IMG/VR virus record: IMGVR_UViG_2939311655_000001
Coordinates: 1-64,000 of that record
Reading direction: 5' to 3' (one strand)
Source: a virus
Lineage: Duplodnaviria; Caudoviricetes
DNA: 64,000 nucleotides
Under the pieces are notes generated by a model. The model saw only the letters and a program-made list of their open reading frames with translations, made no database searches and had not been told where the DNA came from. A program made the position numbers and the translations under genes. Positions 60,471 through 64,000 of this stretch are shown piece after piece (position 1 is the first letter of the stretch; each line of letters opens with the position of its first letter).

Positions 60471-61565
60471 GTGACAACAACAGAGAACCTCTCGCCGCGC
60501 TCGCGGGCGGCATGGGACTTGTTTCGGAAGCGGATCGTCCGACTTGGTGGCCAGGTCATCGAGCCAGAATGGCGAGGAGCGACCGCACGACATCGAGTGA
60601 AGTGCCCCGCAGGTCACGACTCTCTCGTTAAACCTCACCTAATCCTGCGGCGGCGCAGGCTATGCCTTGAGTGCCCACTTCCCTCATCTATCGAAGCCTG
60701 GGAGAAGTTCCGGGCGCGGGTGGAGGGACTGGGTGGGGAAGTCCTCGACACGACATGGCAGGGAAGTCGACAAACCTATGCGGTCAGATGCCCTGCGGGC
60801 CATGTGAATCAAATCTGGCCCATCGGGCTGCATCAGAGCCACGGCATCTGCCTCGCATGCGTCGGAAACAGCCCTAAGGCGGCATGGGAGGGCTTTCAAT
60901 CTCTCGTCAAGCAGCTAGGTGGAGTGGTTGTCGAGGAAGCCTGGAAGGGCAAAGACGAACCGCACGCGTGCCTGTGCCCTCAAGGGCACGAGTGCGCCCC
61001 CCGCCCCGGACACTTACGCAGAGGGACCGGCATGTGCCTCACGTGTGCTGGCAGGGATCCCGATGTCGCCATGGCGGCGTTTCGCGCCCGGGTCAAAGAG
61101 CTTGGCGGCGAAGTGCTTGAGCCGGCCTGGCTTGGCAACGTGACGCCGCATCGGGTTCGTTGCTCCAAGGGCCACGAAACCACGCCCGCCCCGAGCTCCG
61201 TACAGCAAGGGAACGGCATCTGTCGCAAATGCGCCGGCAAAGTGTGGGATGTGTTCTATGTTGTCGCCGACGAGGTCCACGACACCGTGAAGTTCGGTAT
61301 CACGTCAGGAGATCCGCGCCCCCGACTCAAGACCCATGGGCGGGATGGCTTTGAGCGCGTCATCCGTCTGGTCGAGAACCTCCCAGGAGACCTTGCGCCG
61401 CGACTGGAACGAGTTGTTCTCACAGCATTACGCGACGCCCGGGAGTCACCCATCCGTGGCGCTGAGTACTTCCCTGCCCGCACTCTCGGCCTGATCCTCG
61501 ACTTGGTCGACGGCTGGACAACGACGGTGGAATCAGCCAACGCCTCACCGAATGCCCGCCCCTGA
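60471..61565 (+). CDS. Zinc-ribbon repeat protein with C-terminal GIY-YIG-like nuclease domain
   Basis: Four LGG.V....W.G......C..GH...CxxC repeats, then YVV...VKFGIT...RLKTH...LE...EYF. Confidence 0.72.
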   Translation: MTTTENLSPRSRAAWDLFRKRIVRLGGQVIEPEWRGATARHRVKCPAGHDSLVKPHLILRRRRLCLECPLPSSIEAWEKFRARVEGLGGEVLDTTWQGSRQTYAVRCPAGHVNQIWPIGLHQSHGICLACVGNSPKAAWEGFQSLVKQLGGVVVEEAWKGKDEPHACLCPQGHECAPRPGHLRRGTGMCLTCAGRDPDVAMAAFRARVKELGGEVLEPAWLGNVTPHRVRCSKGHETTPAPSSVQQGNGICRKCAGKVWDVFYVVADEVHDTVKFGITSGDPRPRLKTHGRDGFERVIRLVENLPGDLAPRLERVVLTALRDARESPIRGAEYFPARTLGLILDLVDGWTTTVESANASPNARP

Positions 61566-61661
61566 AACGCAAACGGCCGGGCGCTGATACGCCCGGCCAG
61601 TTCAACCAGCGAGTCATCAGCTCGCCAGTCAGAGATGCATCCCAATCAGAGGAGTACCTCG

Positions 61662-62078
61662 ATGAACACTGTAGCAACCTCCCCTGCCGTCGTCGCGGCC
61701 CCTGTCGTATCGGCTCCGATCCCTCCGCATATCCGCCCGGCTTTGGTGAACGGTGTCCGCATTTTCGTGGAGTGCGAGCCGTGGTGCATTGAGGATCACG
61801 TGGCGGCGAATGAGCGCCACCTGGACGACCTGGATCACGGCGGGGAGATGGTGGACTTCCTGGTGCCGGATATGGATGGAGAGGCCCAGCTGCTGGGTCA
61901 TGTCCGGTTGAGTGCGGAGCCGGGCAGTTCCCGTCCCGAGCTGCGCCGCCCGCATCTGCTGGTCGAGGACGGCAGCGGCTTCACTGTGTTCGTGGCCCTG
62001 AAGGATGCCGGCGGGTTTGCGGATGGTCTGGTGGCTGCCGCGGAGCAGGTGCGCGCGATGGCGCGGGCCGCCCGCTGA
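61662..62078 (+). CDS. DUF6907-like protein
   Basis: CEPWCIEDH...DLDH, FADGL; GAGGAG RBS. Confidence 0.68.
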   Translation: MNTVATSPAVVAAPVVSAPIPPHIRPALVNGVRIFVECEPWCIEDHVAANERHLDDLDHGGEMVDFLVPDMDGEAQLLGHVRLSAEPGSSRPELRRPHLLVEDGSGFTVFVALKDAGGFADGLVAAAEQVRAMARAAR

Positions 62079-62202
62079 GCTCCTGTGGTTTCTCTTGGCC
62101 GGGCGGCTTCTGCTGCCCGGCCGTTTCCAGATCGGCTCGTTCTCGGGAGCTCTGTGTTTCAGCAGGTGTACGCCGCATGCGGCGGCGTGAAGGAGGTGAG
62201 TC

Positions 62203-63306
62203 GTGGGCGTTCGTTTGATCGTTGAGGTGTTGGATCATTGGCGGGATGCCGGGCTCACCGCGGGCGAGCGGGACGACTTGGTCGTGTTGGCGGAGAACGC
62301 GAACGATGGGAGCCGGTTGACGTGGGGGCCGGTTCATGAGCCGTACATTCTGCGGCGTGCCAACAAGTCGGCGGCTGGGTGGAAGAACTCGATCGGCAAG
62401 CTGATCAAGAAGCAGGTTCTTGTTCAGCACGTTCAGGGGCATGTTGGCCAGGCCGCCGTCTATCGGCTGGCGCAGCTCTGTCCGGAGGCTCCGCATGACG
62501 GGTGGAAGGGGCATTGCACCCGGCCGGAAAGGGTCACCTCAGAGGTGACCCTTTCGGAAGGCGACCAGGAAGAGGGTCACCTCTCAGATGACCCTCAGGG
62601 TCACTCCGCAGGTGACCCTCTCGGGCCAAAGGGTCACCTGACAGGTGTGGAAAGGGTCATCTCTCAGGTGACCCCTACTCCTCCTGTCTCCTCTTTAAAG
62701 ACCCCCTCAAAGACCTCCTCCTCCCCCGCGGCGCCGTCGCCGACTGCGAACGTCGGTCCCGAGGACGGCGGCGGTGGCGGTGTTTCTCCTTCGGAGCAGA
62801 ATCCGCAAGCCGAACCCCTGGTGGCTGCTCTTGACTTCCGGGGCCGGCCGCCGGGAGTGAAGCAGCGACGGCAGCTGCTGGCCCTTGTGGCTGCCGCTTT
62901 GGACGCCGGCTGGGTGGAGCAGGATTTGAAGGCGTACCTGGATTTGGGGGGTGCCGCGGTGAATTCGGCTGCGGCTGTGTACGCGCACCGGCTGGACTCG
63001 GGTGAGCTCCCGGACCCGGTGACGTTCCGGGAGGCCGCCAGCAGGCCACTGGTGGGCACTGACGCCGCGGTGGATGGGTGGATGGCCCTGAGCCGTCAGC
63101 TTGGCGGGCACAAGCCGTACACGGACACGTGGCGGCAGCTGGATGAGGACGCCCGGTCCGGGGTTCGGCCGGCTGGGTGGGAGCGGGTGCCGCACTGCGG
63201 GGGCCCGGACTGTGACGAGGTCACCCGAACGCATGAGGTGCTGGACGGGCAGGGGCTGCCGTCGTTGCGGATGTGCTCGGCGTGTCATCCGGCGATGCGG
63301 TTCTGA
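62203..63306 (+). CDS. Phage replication initiator-like protein
   Basis: N-terminal wHTH (LVVLAENAND), internal iteron-encoded linker, C-terminal HCG..CD...CSACHP; GGAGG RBS. Confidence 0.72.
   Translation: MGVRLIVEVLDHWRDAGLTAGERDDLVVLAENANDGSRLTWGPVHEPYILRRANKSAAGWKNSIGKLIKKQVLVQHVQGHVGQAAVYRLAQLCPEAPHDGWKGHCTRPERVTSEVTLSEGDQEEGHLSDDPQGHSAGDPLGPKGHLTGVERVISQVTPTPPVSSLKTPSKTSSSPAAPSPTANVGPEDGGGGGVSPSEQNPQAEPLVAALDFRGRPPGVKQRRQLLALVAAALDAGWVEQDLKAYLDLGGAAVNSAAAVYAHRLDSGELPDPVTFREAASRPLVGTDAAVDGWMALSRQLGGHKPYTDTWRQLDEDARSGVRPAGWERVPHCGGPDCDEVTRTHEVLDGQGLPSLRMCSACHPAMRF
62531..62674. repeat. Five 21-bp palindromic iterons GGGTCA-N9-TGACCC (putative origin)
   Basis: Copies at 62531, 62574, 62598, 62631 (degenerate) and 62654, followed by a pyrimidine-rich strand-asymmetric tract. 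Confidence 0.78.
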
Positions 63307-63327
63307 GGGTTAATGGTCAACGTCCAG

Positions 63328-63373
63328 CTATGGCACCCCCACCATTGACACACTATGGCAGGGGTGCCATAGT
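63328..63373 (+). promoter_or_regulatory. Promoter with palindromic operator
   Basis: TTGACA 63345, 17-bp spacer, CATAGT; CTATGGCA-GGGG-TGCCATAG (63353-63372) plus half-site CTATGGCACCCC at 63328. Confidence 0.65.
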
Positions 63374-63420
63374 CATGGATGTCGGGAGGCGCAAGGCCCC
63401 CCATGACGAGGGGACAGGCC

Positions 63421-63936
63421 ATGCGACCGATCACCGGCACCGACATCATCGACTTCTACAACTCCCGCGACGGCGGCATCCTCTCCCTCAGCGCAGGCGG
63501 TGAGTACGTCAGCATCAACGCCGCTTGGATCACCGAGGGCACCCCCTCCGCCTACGCCTACGTCACCACCGACGAAGGCGAATTCCAGACCCTCCTCAGC
63601 GCCAGCACGATCACCGATGGCGACTGGTACCCCGACGCGCTCGACGACAACGGCAAGCTCCTCCCGGCCGTGGCCGACGAGATGGCCGACATCATCAACC
63701 GGGACGGCATCGTTCCCAGCCGTGCCCGCAAGGCCATTCGCGCTGGCGAGGAGTGGACGAAGGCTGACCAGGAAGCCACGAAGCTCGCCGCCCAACGAGC
63801 TGCGGCCGTCACCGAAGTCGTGGCCTACTGCGGCGGCAACCAGACCAAGGCCGGCATCGTCCTCGGCCTGGACCAGTCCACGGTGAACAAGCTCGTCGCG
63901 AAGCACCGCCGGGCATCCGCCGCGGAAACCGTCTGA
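63421..63936 (+). CDS. Protein with C-terminal HTH (probable autoregulator)
   Basis: GGNQTKAGIVLGLDQSTVNKLV. Confidence 0.72.
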   Translation: MRPITGTDIIDFYNSRDGGILSLSAGGEYVSINAAWITEGTPSAYAYVTTDEGEFQTLLSASTITDGDWYPDALDDNGKLLPAVADEMADIINRDGIVPSRARKAIRAGEEWTKADQEATKLAAQRAAAVTEVVAYCGGNQTKAGIVLGLDQSTVNKLVAKHRRASAAETV

Positions 63937-63940
63937 CCCG

Positions 63941-63998
63941 CCCGCACACAGCTGCGCCCCCGCCCGGTCTCCCGGTGCGGGGGCGCAGCGCTGTGCGG
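63941..63998 (+). terminator. Long GC hairpin
   Basis: GCTGCGCCCCCGC...GCGGGGGCGCAGC. Confidence 0.55.
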
Positions 63999-64000
63999 GT

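Larger units (their letters stand above)
1..64000. mobile_element. Temperate siphovirus-like prophage / phage-plasmid hybrid (ends not visible in window)
   Basis: Complete head-tail-lysis module, early genes, replication initiator and conjugation module; no host housekeeping genes; no integrase or att seen. Confidence 0.9.

Noticed and set aside
62531-62674. CRISPR or REP-like repeats
   Set aside because: Inside an ORF, spacers 2-22 nt and irregular; they fit iterons

Overview
High-GC actinobacterial (Streptomyces-type) DNA that is almost entirely one temperate siphovirus-like prophage, with no host housekeeping genes and no integrase or att site visible. From left to right: (i) a cargo region, 1-9.2 kb (flavoprotein, DUF6233 with an SOS box, Ku, secreted HNH/DUF1524 nuclease, endonuclease VII, serine resolvase with a res-like site, HEPN-motif protein); (ii) a minus-strand late operon, 9.3-41.5 kb (lysis, tail, tape measure, frameshifted tail chaperone, head, terminase, HNH genes), which also carries two glycerophosphodiester-phosphodiesterase fibre proteins and a glycosylation set (GT4 coupled to the capsid gene, GT2, methyltransferase, NDP-sugar epimerase); (iii) small early genes, 41.8-50 kb, with an RHH/HD-hydrolase unit and its operator array; (iv) an AICE/plasmid-like conjugation module, 50.4-60.3 kb (FtsK/TraB translocase, a clt-like array of 8-bp repeats with 11-bp period, an Spd-like membrane protein, a stand-alone FtsK-gamma domain, an Xis-like HTH and a Kor-like GntR repressor with operators); (v) a replication initiator with five internal palindromic iterons. 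The standout hypothesis is a 'conjugative prophage' able to spread both as a virion and by TraB-mediated hyphal DNA transfer, and whose virion is probably O-glycosylated. All product calls come from motif recognition by eye; no database searches were run.
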